The notes: generated by a model not told the origin, from the sequence alone. DNA of 64,000 bases from Bacteroidales bacterium (GCA_015060335.1 SUYR01000017.1:36-64035); one strand, 5' to 3'; counted from the stretch's first letter, positions 46,608 to 56,379 are shown. Numbers and translations: made by a program.

Positions 46608-47579
46608 ATGAGGAATCTCCTTCATAGGATTCTTAAAACGTTGAATATCAACGGGAGAGATTGGGTGGTACTTCTGCTCGCTCTCCTGTTGGCGTTTAGT
46701 ATATGGCTCATCCACAACCTGACACTCAAGTATAACGACTACATGAGTGTTTCTGTAATTGCTTCATGCAGTATACCGGGACATTCATCTGTTTCTGCGG
46801 ACAAGTCGGAAGTGACGGCAAGATGTCGCGCAACCGGATACAAAGTCATAAGGTCTTATATCAGACGTGGGAGAAATGTCCAGATACAGTTCCGGGCAAC
46901 CGATATGAAACATAAGGAAGGTGATGTATTCTATGTGACGCCATCTGATCTAAAGGATTATTCGCACTTGATATTTGGACCGGAAATTACGGTAGATCAC
47001 TTTGTTACAGATACAGTTTTCTTCAGATTCCCATTTGAGAATTATAAGAAAGTACCAGTCTTGCCGATATCTTCTGTGACTTACGCAGACCAGTATATGG
47101 CGGAAGCTCCTCTGAAGGTCATGCCTGATTCGGTTCTTGTATATGGAGAGCCGTTCCGTCTTGAAAACATAAATGCAGTCTATACAAGACCGATCAATTT
47201 CATTGACTTGTCAGAAGATATCAGTGGAGTGTCGAAACTTGAGAAGATCAAGGGTACGCGTGTTTCAGAGTCGGAAGTCAGGTATGAGCTTAATGTAAAG
47301 AGGTATGTGGAAATTGTCACTACTGTACCTGTGACTGTGGTCAATGTCCCTGCAGACAAGAATATGCTGGTATATCCATCTGCAGTCGAAGTGTCGTTGA
47401 AATGCAATTTCCCACTTGTTGACAATCCGGAAAGCGGTCTTCGTGTTGAAGCAGATTATAATGATCTGCAGCATTCGTTGAGTCAGAGATGCCTTCTGAA
47501 TGTTTCTACTCCGTCGAGAGGTGTCATAAGCAGCGAGACAACTCCGATTTCAGTTTCCTGTGTGCTGGAGGATAAATAG
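46608..47579 (+). CDS. YbbR/CdaR-like protein
   Basis: N-terminal TM (LLAFSIW), KKVPV and PDSVLVYG repeats; position between yajC and coaE. Confidence 0.75.
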   Translation: MRNLLHRILKTLNINGRDWVVLLLALLLAFSIWLIHNLTLKYNDYMSVSVIASCSIPGHSSVSADKSEVTARCRATGYKVIRSYIRRGRNVQIQFRATDMKHKEGDVFYVTPSDLKDYSHLIFGPEITVDHFVTDTVFFRFPFENYKKVPVLPISSVTYADQYMAEAPLKVMPDSVLVYGEPFRLENINAVYTRPINFIDLSEDISGVSKLEKIKGTRVSESEVRYELNVKRYVEIVTTVPVTVVNVPADKNMLVYPSAVEVSLKCNFPLVDNPESGLRVEADYNDLQHSLSQRCLLNVSTPSRGVISSETTPISVSCVLEDK

Positions 47580-47581
47580 GG

Positions 47582-48184
47582 ATGAAGGTTGTAGTCATCA
47601 CAGGCGGGATAGGCAGCGGAAAAAGCATCGCCTGCAGTTTTCTTGAAGAAGAATATGGTTGGCCGGTTTACAATGCAGACAGCAAGGTTAAGGAACTTTA
47701 TGTAAAGTCAGGTAGCCTTGTAAAGAATATCGAGACTGCATTGGAAAGAAGTTTCTGCGATGAAAACGGAAGATTTGTTCCTGCGCTTCTGGCTTCTGTC
47801 ATATTTTCAGACAGAAAGGCTTTGGAAACGGTAGAGTCTCTGGTTTTTCCGGAACTGATGGCTGATTTCAAGAATTGGAAATCATATCACAATGATTCGG
47901 ATTATGTAATACTGGAGTCGGCGACAATTCTTGAAAAGCCGGCCTTGAAGGATGTCGGTGATGTGATTGTTGTAATTGATGCACCGGTGGATCTAAGGGT
48001 GGAAAGGGCTTCAGAACGAGACTCGCTGAGTGCTGATGTCATCTTTTCAAGAGTGAAGAACCAGCCATTGATGAACGATATTTCTTCATGCAGGGGATTG
48101 GATGTAGATTATGTCGTACTGAACGACTCAACGTTGGATAACTTATACATAAAGTTGAGGAAAATAGCGGAAAAATTGCTATAA
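47582..48184 (+). CDS. coaE: Dephospho-CoA kinase
   Basis: ITGGIGSGKS P-loop, VYNAD, LES-x-x-ILE. Confidence 0.92.
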   Translation: MKVVVITGGIGSGKSIACSFLEEEYGWPVYNADSKVKELYVKSGSLVKNIETALERSFCDENGRFVPALLASVIFSDRKALETVESLVFPELMADFKNWKSYHNDSDYVILESATILEKPALKDVGDVIVVIDAPVDLRVERASERDSLSADVIFSRVKNQPLMNDISSCRGLDVDYVVLNDSTLDNLYIKLRKIAEKLL

Positions 48185-48244
48185 CAAAAATGTTATCAAG
48201 TAAAACAAATTAGTTAAATATATTAAAACATAACATATTATATT

Positions 48245-48670
48245 ATGAAAACTGATCTTTCAAAGATTTTGGCAGTATCTGGCCAGAGCGGTCTGTTCCT
48301 TTATATTTCACAGGCAAGAAACGGTGCAATAGTAGAGGCGTTGGCAGACAAGAAGAGAACTTCTGTAAGCATGAACAGCAAGATTACTTCACTTGCAGAC
48401 ATCTCTATCTATACAGATGATGAAGAAGTGAAGCTTCAGCAGGTATTCCTTAATATGAAGGATGTGCTCGGAGATGCAGATGCTCCGTCTGCCAAGTCAA
48501 ATCCAGAAGACCTTAAGGCTCTTTTTGAGAAGGCTCTTCCTGCATATGACCGTGACCGTTTTTATGTATCTCACATGAAGAAGGTGGTCGAGTGGTATAA
48601 TGCACTCAAGAACTATGCAACACTTGACTTTGTGAATCTTGATGAAGATGAGCCTGCTGTGCAGGAGTAA
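48245..48670 (+). CDS. DUF5606-family protein
   Basis: ILAVSGQSGLF, SLADISIYT, YDRDRFYVSHMKKVVEWYN. Confidence 0.82.
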   Translation: MKTDLSKILAVSGQSGLFLYISQARNGAIVEALADKKRTSVSMNSKITSLADISIYTDDEEVKLQQVFLNMKDVLGDADAPSAKSNPEDLKALFEKALPAYDRDRFYVSHMKKVVEWYNALKNYATLDFVNLDEDEPAVQE

Positions 48671-48676
48671 CAGAAC

Positions 48677-49993
48677 ATGAAGCGACTTCAGACTGTAACA
48701 TTAGGCTGTTCTAAGAACAAGGTTGATACAGAACATATCCTTTCCCAAGTGGATCATCTCTATGAGATTGTTCCCGAAGGAGAGGATATTCCGGTTGATG
48801 TCATTCTGCTCAATACCTGTGGATTTATCGGTGATGCAAAGGAGGAATCAGTACAGGCTGTGCTGGATGCCGTTGAGCGTAAGAACAGGGGACTTGCTGA
48901 TAAGGTGATTGTCTTTGGTTGCCTTTCCCAGAGATATATGAACGAACTGCCGGACCTTATTCCAGAGGTGGATGCGTGGTTCGGAGCTCGTGAGTTCGAT
49001 CCTGTAATCGAAGCTTTGGGAGCGGAGCCGGATCCGGCCAAGCGTGAGGACAGATATCTTACAACACCTTCTCACTATGCTTATCTGAAGATTTCTGAAG
49101 GCTGTGACCGCCGATGCTCATATTGTGCTATCCCTTTCATTCGTGGAGCTCATAAGTCAGTACCGGTTGAAAAGCTGGTGGATGAGGCTGCCAGGCTCGC
49201 TGAAAAGGGAGTCAAGGAACTTATAATCATTGCTCAGGATACCACTTATTATGGTCTCGACCTGTATAGAAGGAGGGCATTGGCAGAACTTCTGCAGAAA
49301 CTCTCAGAGGTGGATGGTATCGAGTGGATCCGCATACATTATTCATATCCTGCAGCTTTTCCGGAGGATGTTCTTGACCAGATGGCGAACAATCCTAAGG
49401 TATGTCGTTATATGGATATACCACTGCAGCATATATCTGATAAGGTTCTGGATAATATGCATAGGCATGTGACCGGGGCATGGACCAGAGAACTTATCGA
49501 CAGGATGCGTGAAAAAGTTCCAGGCGTAGTGTTGAGGACTACCATGATTGTAGGCCATCCTGGAGAAGGAAAGCGTGATTTCAATGAGTTGCTTGATTTT
49601 GTCAGGACTGCCAGATTCGAGAGGCTCGGTGCGTTCAGATATTCGGAAGAAGAAGGCACATACGGTGCTGAGAATTTCAAGGATTCAATCTCTAGCCGGG
49701 TAAAGCAGGAACGTCTTGATACTCTGATGACATTACAGAGCGAAATATCATATGAATTCAATCAGTCTCGTGTCGGTACGGAGATAAATGTCATTGTTGA
49801 TGATTTTGTAGACGGAGTGTTTGTCTGCAGGAGCGAATTTGAAAGTCCGGAAGTTGATGGCGAGATTCTTGTAAAATATGACACATCTGTCGTCGGTGAT
49901 ATCGATCCGTATTCGTTGGTCGGTGAGTTTATCAAAGTGCGTGTCACAGGTGCAGATGAATATGACCTGATTGCAGATATAATTGAGATCTGA
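48677..49993 (+). CDS. rimO: Ribosomal protein S12 methylthiotransferase RimO
   Basis: TLGCSKNKVD, NTCGFI, CDRRCSYC, SPEVDG, C-terminal EYDL. Confidence 0.95.
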   Translation: MKRLQTVTLGCSKNKVDTEHILSQVDHLYEIVPEGEDIPVDVILLNTCGFIGDAKEESVQAVLDAVERKNRGLADKVIVFGCLSQRYMNELPDLIPEVDAWFGAREFDPVIEALGAEPDPAKREDRYLTTPSHYAYLKISEGCDRRCSYCAIPFIRGAHKSVPVEKLVDEAARLAEKGVKELIIIAQDTTYYGLDLYRRRALAELLQKLSEVDGIEWIRIHYSYPAAFPEDVLDQMANNPKVCRYMDIPLQHISDKVLDNMHRHVTGAWTRELIDRMREKVPGVVLRTTMIVGHPGEGKRDFNELLDFVRTARFERLGAFRYSEEEGTYGAENFKDSISSRVKQERLDTLMTLQSEISYEFNQSRVGTEINVIVDDFVDGVFVCRSEFESPEVDGEILVKYDTSVVGDIDPYSLVGEFIKVRVTGADEYDLIADIIEI

Positions 49994-49995
49994 AG

Positions 49996-50823
49996 ATGAA
50001 GAAATACATTTCCATATTTGTTCTGCTTGTCCTTTTGGTATCATGTGGTCCCAGCAGGCATGCTATTCATGTAGAAATGCGGCATCCGTCCCGTTCAGGA
50101 TTGGATCTGGCAGGCAAGATTGTATCTGTTGTATATGTCAGCGGAGACAATTCACAAGGGAATACGCTTTCGGAAGCTATGGCGGAATCCTTTGCCAGAT
50201 CTCTTGAGGAAGGATATGGAACAGGAGAGAGCAGTGTGGGACTTTTTTGTGTGGACAAATCTCTTGGCGATTATACAGGCCGGGATTCTTTGGTGACTCT
50301 TCTGATGCAGACTGGCTCGGATGTGGTGTTTCTGATGGATGTCGCGACTGGAGACAAGACCTCGACGTCCGTTCCTGCAAAGGTCAGTCTCTACTGTGTA
50401 GATGCAATGGATAAGGATGAAAAGGTCAGTCATTTCACAGGAACGAAACTGCTGACTGCCTCATCCGAAGAGGAACTTCTTGCAGAGGCAGCCAAAGCCG
50501 GAAGACAGGTAGCTTCTCCGTTTGAGTCACAGTGGAAGCATGAGCAGTATTCGATAGCATATTATGACAACCAGAAGTGGTATGACGCTCTGATGAAGTC
50601 AGAACAATATGACTGGAAAGGTGCTATGGATATCTGGATAGAACTTCTTTCCTCAAATGATATGATGAAACGTGCTTCTGCCGAGTATAACATAGCTGTC
50701 GCTTGCTATATGCTTGGAGATTTGGACCTCGCTTCGGAATGGCTCGACCGGTCTGATGCCGACAATAAGCTTCCGACACTCTCAGATGCACTTCGTAAAA
50801 GAATAGAAGCCAGAAAACATTGA
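49996..50823 (+). CDS. Lipoprotein with C-terminal TPR-like helices
   Basis: Lipobox LVSC; AEYNIAVACYMLGDLDLASEWL. Confidence 0.75.
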   Translation: MKKYISIFVLLVLLVSCGPSRHAIHVEMRHPSRSGLDLAGKIVSVVYVSGDNSQGNTLSEAMAESFARSLEEGYGTGESSVGLFCVDKSLGDYTGRDSLVTLLMQTGSDVVFLMDVATGDKTSTSVPAKVSLYCVDAMDKDEKVSHFTGTKLLTASSEEELLAEAAKAGRQVASPFESQWKHEQYSIAYYDNQKWYDALMKSEQYDWKGAMDIWIELLSSNDMMKRASAEYNIAVACYMLGDLDLASEWLDRSDADNKLPTLSDALRKRIEARKH

Positions 50824-50842
50824 GTTTCCGGCTTCTTTTTTT
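50805..50842 (+). terminator. Intrinsic terminator
   Basis: AGAAGCCAGAAA...TTTCCGGCTTCT followed by a T-run. Confidence 0.65.
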
Positions 50843-52305
50843 TAATTCTTCTTTACTGGATCGCAAGTCAGTCCGACTCCCAGTTTCTTGAATATCTTTC
50901 TGTCCACCTCGCTTAGCATTACTGTCGAGTGTACCTGGCATCCATCCAGTTTAGGTAGCTGATCCAAAGCCTTACGACAGTTCTCGTCCACATTGCTGAG
51001 CATTGATATTGCAACCAGAACTTCGTCTGTATGGAGGCGAGGATTGCGTCCGTGAAGGAAACTTACCTTTGTTCTCTGGATAGGTGCAATCATTTCTTCC
51101 GGAATGAGATTTATATCATGAGGAATCCCTGCAAGATGTTTTGTCGCATTCAGAATCAGGGCCGCGCTTGGACCAAGAAGGTCACTTGTCTGAGAAGTGA
51201 TGATTGTGCCATCCTGTAGTTCGATTGCTGAAGCCTGAGCTCCGGACAGCTCTTTCCTCTCTCTTGCCGCTACTGTTGTCCTTCTGTATTCCGTAGTCAG
51301 TTTAGCCTGTTTCATAATAAGGGCTATCTTGTTGACTTCGTTTTCATTGTCTCCGTTTACCGCAAGTCTTCCTAAAGCAGAATAATATCTGCGGATGATC
51401 TCATCGCGTGAAGCGTTGCAGCAGGCATCTTCGTCGCATAGACAATATCCGATCATGTTGACTCCCATGTCTGTAGGGGATTTGTACGGACTGTCTCCAT
51501 ATATGCCTTCAAAAAGAGCATTGAGTACAGGGAATACCTCGATGTCACGGTTATAGCTTGTCGCAATCTGACCATAAGCCTCAAGATGGAACGGGTCTAT
51601 CATGTTCATGTCGTTGAGGTCTGCAGTGGCTGCTTCATATGCTATGTTTACCGGGTGCTTGAGCGGAAGATTCCATACAGGGAATGTCTCGAACTTTGCG
51701 TAACCGGCCTTAATGTTTCTCTTGTTTTCGTGATAAAGCTGGCTCAGGCATACAGCCATCTTTCCGCTGCCAGGTCCCGGTGCAGTCACGACTACCAGGG
51801 GCTTGGTGGTCTCTACATAATCATTCTTGCCGAAACCCTCTTCAGAGTCTATCAGGGCGACGTTGTTAGGGTATCCTTCGATTGTGTAATGATAGTATAC
51901 CTTGATATTAAGACGCTCAAGACGTTTTCTGTAAGCTTCTGCACTGCCTTGACCGTTGAAGTGAGTGATCACTACACTTGTCACATCAAACCCGGCATTC
52001 TCGAATTCCGAACGCAGACGGAGCACGTCCTCGTCATAAGTAATTCCAAGGTCACCGCGTACCTTGTTCTTCTCGATGTCAAGTGCGCTGATTACCATTA
52101 CGATTTCTGCTTCATTCTTAAGCTGAAGAAGCATCTGAAGCTTACTGTCCGGCTGGAAACCAGGCAGTACACGGCTTGCGTGATTGTCGTCAAAAAGCTT
52201 TCCTCCGAACTCGAGGTAAAGTTTGTCTCCGAACTGTGATATTCGCTTTTTTATCTGTTCGGACTGTATCTTAAGATACTTGCTGTTGTCAAATCCCGTT
52301 TTCAT
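50842..52305 (-). CDS. DUF1846 (UPF0371) protein with P-loop
   Basis: KLYLEFGGKLFDD-x-HASRVLPGF, TAPGPGSGKMA, GYAKFETFP; start MKTGFD. Confidence 0.9.
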   Translation of the reverse strand: MKTGFDNSKYLKIQSEQIKKRISQFGDKLYLEFGGKLFDDNHASRVLPGFQPDSKLQMLLQLKNEAEIVMVISALDIEKNKVRGDLGITYDEDVLRLRSEFENAGFDVTSVVITHFNGQGSAEAYRKRLERLNIKVYYHYTIEGYPNNVALIDSEEGFGKNDYVETTKPLVVVTAPGPGSGKMAVCLSQLYHENKRNIKAGYAKFETFPVWNLPLKHPVNIAYEAATADLNDMNMIDPFHLEAYGQIATSYNRDIEVFPVLNALFEGIYGDSPYKSPTDMGVNMIGYCLCDEDACCNASRDEIIRRYYSALGRLAVNGDNENEVNKIALIMKQAKLTTEYRRTTVAARERKELSGAQASAIELQDGTIITSQTSDLLGPSAALILNATKHLAGIPHDINLIPEEMIAPIQRTKVSFLHGRNPRLHTDEVLVAISMLSNVDENCRKALDQLPKLDGCQVHSTVMLSEVDRKIFKKLGVGLTCDPVKKN

Positions 52306-52378
52306 ACGGAGAACAAAGATAACTTTTCTTCCTTGTCCCTGCAAGAGAAAAATGTAAAAATTTAATACGGAATCATAC

Positions 52379-52409
52379 AAAAAGGCTGGCTCTAAATGTG
52401 CCAGCCTTT
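52379..52409 (-). terminator. Terminator after rnpB
   Basis: AAAGGCTGGC-ACATTTAGA-GCCAGCCTTTTT on the - strand. Confidence 0.75.
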
Positions 52410-52415
52410 CATCAA

Positions 52416-52796
52416 TAGGCAGAACCGTAAGCCGGTTTCTGTTTTAATCTGTCATTTATCTTCGCAACCTACCCCCCGGAAAGAGCGGGCAGCCCTTTTG
52501 TCCTTGCGGACACTCCGGTATACATGGTCTTGCAGGTCTCGGTGCCGTCACCGTCATATGTCGCCATACGACGTCGTGAGCCCTTACCTCACGGTTTCAC
52601 CCTTACCCTTGCGGGCGGTCTGTTTTCTGTTACGGCATCCATAAGATTACTCCCATCTGTGCTTTCCACAGCGAGATGCCCTTTCCTGTCCGGACTTTCC
52701 TCTGGATCTTCGTCGGAGGAAACCGTTTACTCGACATAAGGTCTTTGTAAATCAGTGACCACCGTGCAAGACTCAGCGACAGAAGCGTTCTACCTA
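52416..52796 (-). ncRNA. rnpB: RNase P RNA (type A-like)
   Basis: GAGGAAAGTCCGG, ACAGAAA, GGGTGAAAC and ACAGAAACCGGCTTA conserved elements; P1 TAGGTAGAAC/GTTCTGCCTA. Confidence 0.95.
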
Positions 52797-52798
52797 TA

Positions 52799-54058
52799 TT
52801 ATTTCTTATATCCGAGCTTGCGCTCCATCTTGTCGTTCTGAGCGTTGATTCTCTCAACTGCCTTCACAAGAGCCGGTGTTATATCTACGCATTTCTTGTG
52901 ACACTGCATTGATTTCGAGTACATTCTGCCTATGCAGAAATTGCTGTGCTCACATCCGCTACAATGATTCTCGTCATCACGCATCTTATTGACGAAGTCT
53001 GTGTCTTCAAGAACGGCACGTCCAAGCTGCAGCAGAGGGAATCCCTTGTCAATAACTTCATCTGCTGTCTCCCTTGAAATGACTCCGCCTACATATATGA
53101 ACGGGAAGTCAGGCATAGCAGCGCGGAACTTGAGTGCGTCTTCCATGAAGAATAGAGGCTTGAAAGGTACTGTTGGTGCCACAATCCTGCCGGCAAGACT
53201 TACTCCTAACTTGAGCCACCATTTGCTCCACGGGAAATAGTGAACGATAGGTTTCACCGGGAACTGACCTCGCATCACATACTGAGGGTGCCGGCTTACA
53301 AAGCCACCGGAAAGCACAATCGCTTCGATTCCCATGTCTCTGAGGACTTTTGCAACCTCTATCAGCTCGTCTGTCTCCTGACCTCCTTTGAATCCGTCTC
53401 TGGTGTTGAGCTTTGCAAAGAGAGCAACCTTACCCTTACCAGCTGCTACTGCCTTTTCTACGCACATCTTCATGAATTTCATGCGGTTTTCCAGGCTGCC
53501 GCCGAATTCGTCACGTCTTTTGTTTGTATAAGGAGAAAGGAACTGTGATATAAGATATCCGTGTCCGGCATGGATCTCGATTGCGTCAAATCCTGCCTTT
53601 ATTGCCAGTTCTACTGCTGTACCATATGCATCCGCTACCTCATTGATCTGCTTCATGTTCATTTTCTGAACAAAAGTAGGAGAGTATAGGTTGAATCCTC
53701 GGCTGGCTCCATATGGCATACATCCGCAGATAGTCCTGTGAGACATGTTTCCGCAGTGGCCAAGCTGTATGGAAGCCTTTGCGCCTTCAGCATGTATGGC
53801 GTCAGTAAGCTTCTTGAGCTCAGGAACAATTTCCTCTCTCATCCATAGCTGGTTCTCGAATGACAGACCGCTCTGGCATACTGCTGCATATGCCACTGTT
53901 GTCATTCCGATTCCGCCACGTGCTACAGCTGTGTGGTAGTCGAAGAGTTCCTGTGACGGTCTTTGACCAGGACACATTGCCTCGAAGGCTGCAGATCTGA
54001 CAGTCCTGTTTCTCAATTCAAGTGGACCTATCTTGTATGGTGTAAATAACTCGCTCAT
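52799..54058 (-). CDS. NADH:flavin oxidoreductase (Old Yellow Enzyme family); candidate steroid 5-beta-reductase
   Basis: LRNRTVRSAAFE, QLGHCG, EIHAGHGYLISQFLSP, DEFGGSLENR, C-terminal Cys cluster; adjacent to a 5-alpha-reductase. Confidence 0.88.
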   Translation of the reverse strand: MSELFTPYKIGPLELRNRTVRSAAFEAMCPGQRPSQELFDYHTAVARGGIGMTTVAYAAVCQSGLSFENQLWMREEIVPELKKLTDAIHAEGAKASIQLGHCGNMSHRTICGCMPYGASRGFNLYSPTFVQKMNMKQINEVADAYGTAVELAIKAGFDAIEIHAGHGYLISQFLSPYTNKRRDEFGGSLENRMKFMKMCVEKAVAAGKGKVALFAKLNTRDGFKGGQETDELIEVAKVLRDMGIEAIVLSGGFVSRHPQYVMRGQFPVKPIVHYFPWSKWWLKLGVSLAGRIVAPTVPFKPLFFMEDALKFRAAMPDFPFIYVGGVISRETADEVIDKGFPLLQLGRAVLEDTDFVNKMRDDENHCSGCEHSNFCIGRMYSKSMQCHKKCVDITPALVKAVERINAQNDKMERKLGYKK

Positions 54059-54843
54059 TACCAGATAAATGGAATTATATGTTTCTTATTTAGCTTCTTA
54101 TATTCTTCACCGAATTCTGCTTCATATTTCTCTGTGAGAGACTTCGCTCTCGGTCCGAGATTGGCAAATGTCCAAACCGCGAACAGGAGTCCGGCTGGAG
54201 ACCAAGTGAGTATTGCAAAACCAATCCATTCGGTGAATTCTCCAAAATAGTTTGCTGAAGTCACATATTTGTAGAGACCTTTACGTGGGATATAGTGCTT
54301 TGTGTCTCCTGGCTTGCGCAGGTTTCTGATCACGTGGTCCGAGTGAAGGTTTATACCCATTCCAATAAAGAATACTATCGCTCCGATTATGAACTGAGGA
54401 CTCCAGAGCCAGTCTATATGGTACATCCCTCCGTTAAGCATCGGATCGTAAAGCCATTCTCCAATTATATATGCGTTGAATGTGTTGAATGTCATTCCCA
54501 TAAGCATTACAGCTATCGGCATTTTTCCCCTGCCTCTAAGCAGGAGAGGAAAGATGAATGACCTCTGGAAATAATGCAGAAGGAAGAACGACGCCAATAT
54601 ATAAAGTACAAGGTTGGAATTACCATTTACTGCACCTCCGGAGCTTGCAAAATCTAAAGTGTAGTAAAGCATGAAGCCGAATGATGGTGCTTCCATCAAT
54701 ATCCATGCAAGCCGGTTGCTTATTTTCGGACCCCAGTTGGAGGTGGAAAGATAACCATATCCTGCCTTGAAGAAGAATAGGGCTATAAAGACAATGACTG
54801 CCATCACTGCCATACATGTCATTACTAAATAGTATGTGTTCAT
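54058..54843 (-). CDS. 3-oxo-5-alpha-steroid 4-dehydrogenase (steroid 5-alpha-reductase family)
   Basis: AWILMEAP, HYFQRSFIFP, INLHSD, IP-x-x-GLY-x-YVTSANYFGE-x-x-EW-x-GFA, IIPFIW. Confidence 0.92.
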   Translation of the reverse strand: MNTYYLVMTCMAVMAVIVFIALFFFKAGYGYLSTSNWGPKISNRLAWILMEAPSFGFMLYYTLDFASSGGAVNGNSNLVLYILASFFLLHYFQRSFIFPLLLRGRGKMPIAVMLMGMTFNTFNAYIIGEWLYDPMLNGGMYHIDWLWSPQFIIGAIVFFIGMGINLHSDHVIRNLRKPGDTKHYIPRKGLYKYVTSANYFGEFTEWIGFAILTWSPAGLLFAVWTFANLGPRAKSLTEKYEAEFGEEYKKLNKKHIIPFIW

Positions 54844-54869
54844 AGTAGGCTTCAATTGATAAATCCCGA

Positions 54870-54877
54870 CAAAGTTA
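54870..54877 (-). promoter_or_regulatory. -7 promoter box upstream of the 5-alpha-reductase gene
   Basis: TAACTTTG on the - strand. Confidence 0.55.
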
Positions 54878-54942
54878 AACAATATTTTCTAAAATGTTTT
54901 TTTTACTTAATTTTGTCGCTACTTAGATAATATTTTCGGTCA

Positions 54943-55701
54943 ATGAGAGCAATTTTTACTTCATTTCTCCTGTCATTCCTTCTGGTTTCCTGCTCTGGAG
55001 CATCAGTCAGGCATTATAGACTTGAAGTTGTGGACCAGTTTCCTCATGATACTGAATCTTATACTCAGGGACTTTTCTTTCATAAGGGACAGATGTATGA
55101 AACTACAGGACTGAACGGAAAGTCCACTCTCAGAAAGGTTGACATCAATACCGGAAAACCGCTGAAGAGGATCGATTTCGACAAGAAGTATTTCGTGGAA
55201 GGCTCAGTAGTATTCAAGGACAATCTTTATATTCTTACGTGGGAATCCAGGGTTGCATTCATATATGGGGCTGACTCCTTGAACTATAAATCTACATGGT
55301 CCTATCCTCGTGAGGGCTGGGGAATAACTACGGACGGAAAACAGCTCATAGCCTCGGACGGTTCAGCGACCCTGTTCTTCATGGATGAAAATTTTGCTTT
55401 GCAGCGCAGGGTCAATGTCAAATATGAAGACAGACCGGTAAGATGGCTGAATGAACTGGAGTATATCGATGGAAAGATATGGGCTAACGTATATACCACT
55501 GACGAGATCGTGATCATCAACCCGAAGGACGGAAAGGTGACTGGTATTGTTGATTGCAGAGGTCTCCTGCCGAAAGAACTATATACTTCTCAGACAGATG
55601 TCCTGAACGGAATAGCTTATGATCCGGCTTCCGGAAAGATCTATCTTACCGGAAAGAACTGGCCGAAGCTGTATGAGGTCAGGCTTGTTGAAAAGAAATA
55701 G
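54943..55701 (+). CDS. Glutaminyl-peptide cyclotransferase (plant/beta-propeller type), lipoprotein
   Basis: PHD-x-x-x-YTQGL, ETTG, FVEG, LTW, EGWG, SDGS, LNELE, VLNGIAYD, TGKNWP. Confidence 0.92.
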   Translation: MRAIFTSFLLSFLLVSCSGASVRHYRLEVVDQFPHDTESYTQGLFFHKGQMYETTGLNGKSTLRKVDINTGKPLKRIDFDKKYFVEGSVVFKDNLYILTWESRVAFIYGADSLNYKSTWSYPREGWGITTDGKQLIASDGSATLFFMDENFALQRRVNVKYEDRPVRWLNELEYIDGKIWANVYTTDEIVIINPKDGKVTGIVDCRGLLPKELYTSQTDVLNGIAYDPASGKIYLTGKNWPKLYEVRLVEKK

Positions 55702-55806
55702 ACGATAGCCGCCTTATCAATTATCTTCATACCTCATTGGCACAGCATCCTTCAGTGGCTTTTGTCTATGAGGACAACACAGGACCAGGTTATTACAAAC
55801 TGAAAT

Positions 55807-56379
55807 CTAAGACGGCAGATTCCTGTTAAGATTCACTTTATGGAACTTGTATCCGAGTCGTCGCAGCTGGATTGCAGCGCCGGTTCGGAACATTACCTTT
55901 GCAGTACGGGCAAAAATATGGAATGCCTTGGCTGTCTGAGCTTCAATGTGTTCGTGTCTGATGAAGTTGACTGATTTCTGTGCACAGCACAACAGAATGT
56001 TCATTATCTGTTTTGCCTCGTCAGAATCAAGCTTGAATCCGAGGATGTTCTGTACTATGTGCTCGTCCATATCGTCAAACCCTCTCGGACCGTGGAGACT
56101 TTCGTATGCTGCACCGTGATGGCGTCCCCAGTCTTTATCCCACCATTGCGCTACAGCCATGCCCACGTATCCCGCACATGCGATTGCAAATTCAGGATAG
56201 CTGTTCACTTCAGGAAGAGCCTCTGCAATGTATTCAGGAGCCCATTCCTTCCATTTTAGATCTATGTCTTCGCTGCTCAGAAGCTCATTGTCGAGCATGC
56301 CGAGACTTCTGCACATCTTAAGGAGTTCATTCTGAAGATTTTCCTCGTATGTTTCGTAATATCTGATGTCTTCTTTCAT
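55807..56379 (-). CDS. Conserved hypothetical protein
   Basis: 190-aa ORF with a TATATTTG box upstream; GMAVA-x-x-WD-x-DW and RGFD-x-MDE motifs. Confidence 0.75.
   Translation of the reverse strand: MKEDIRYYETYEENLQNELLKMCRSLGMLDNELLSSEDIDLKWKEWAPEYIAEALPEVNSYPEFAIACAGYVGMAVAQWWDKDWGRHHGAAYESLHGPRGFDDMDEHIVQNILGFKLDSDEAKQIMNILLCCAQKSVNFIRHEHIEAQTAKAFHIFARTAKVMFRTGAAIQLRRLGYKFHKVNLNRNLPS

Noticed and set aside
51586-52239. 217-aa ORF on the + strand
   Set aside because: Antisense shadow of the DUF1846 gene.
52396-52857. Short ORFs over the rnpB region
   Set aside because: They overlap RNase P RNA, which fully explains the sequence.
55730-55775. Imperfect hairpin CCTCAT...ATGAGG between convergent genes
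   Set aside because: Weak pairing with several mismatches; not enough to call an RNA element.
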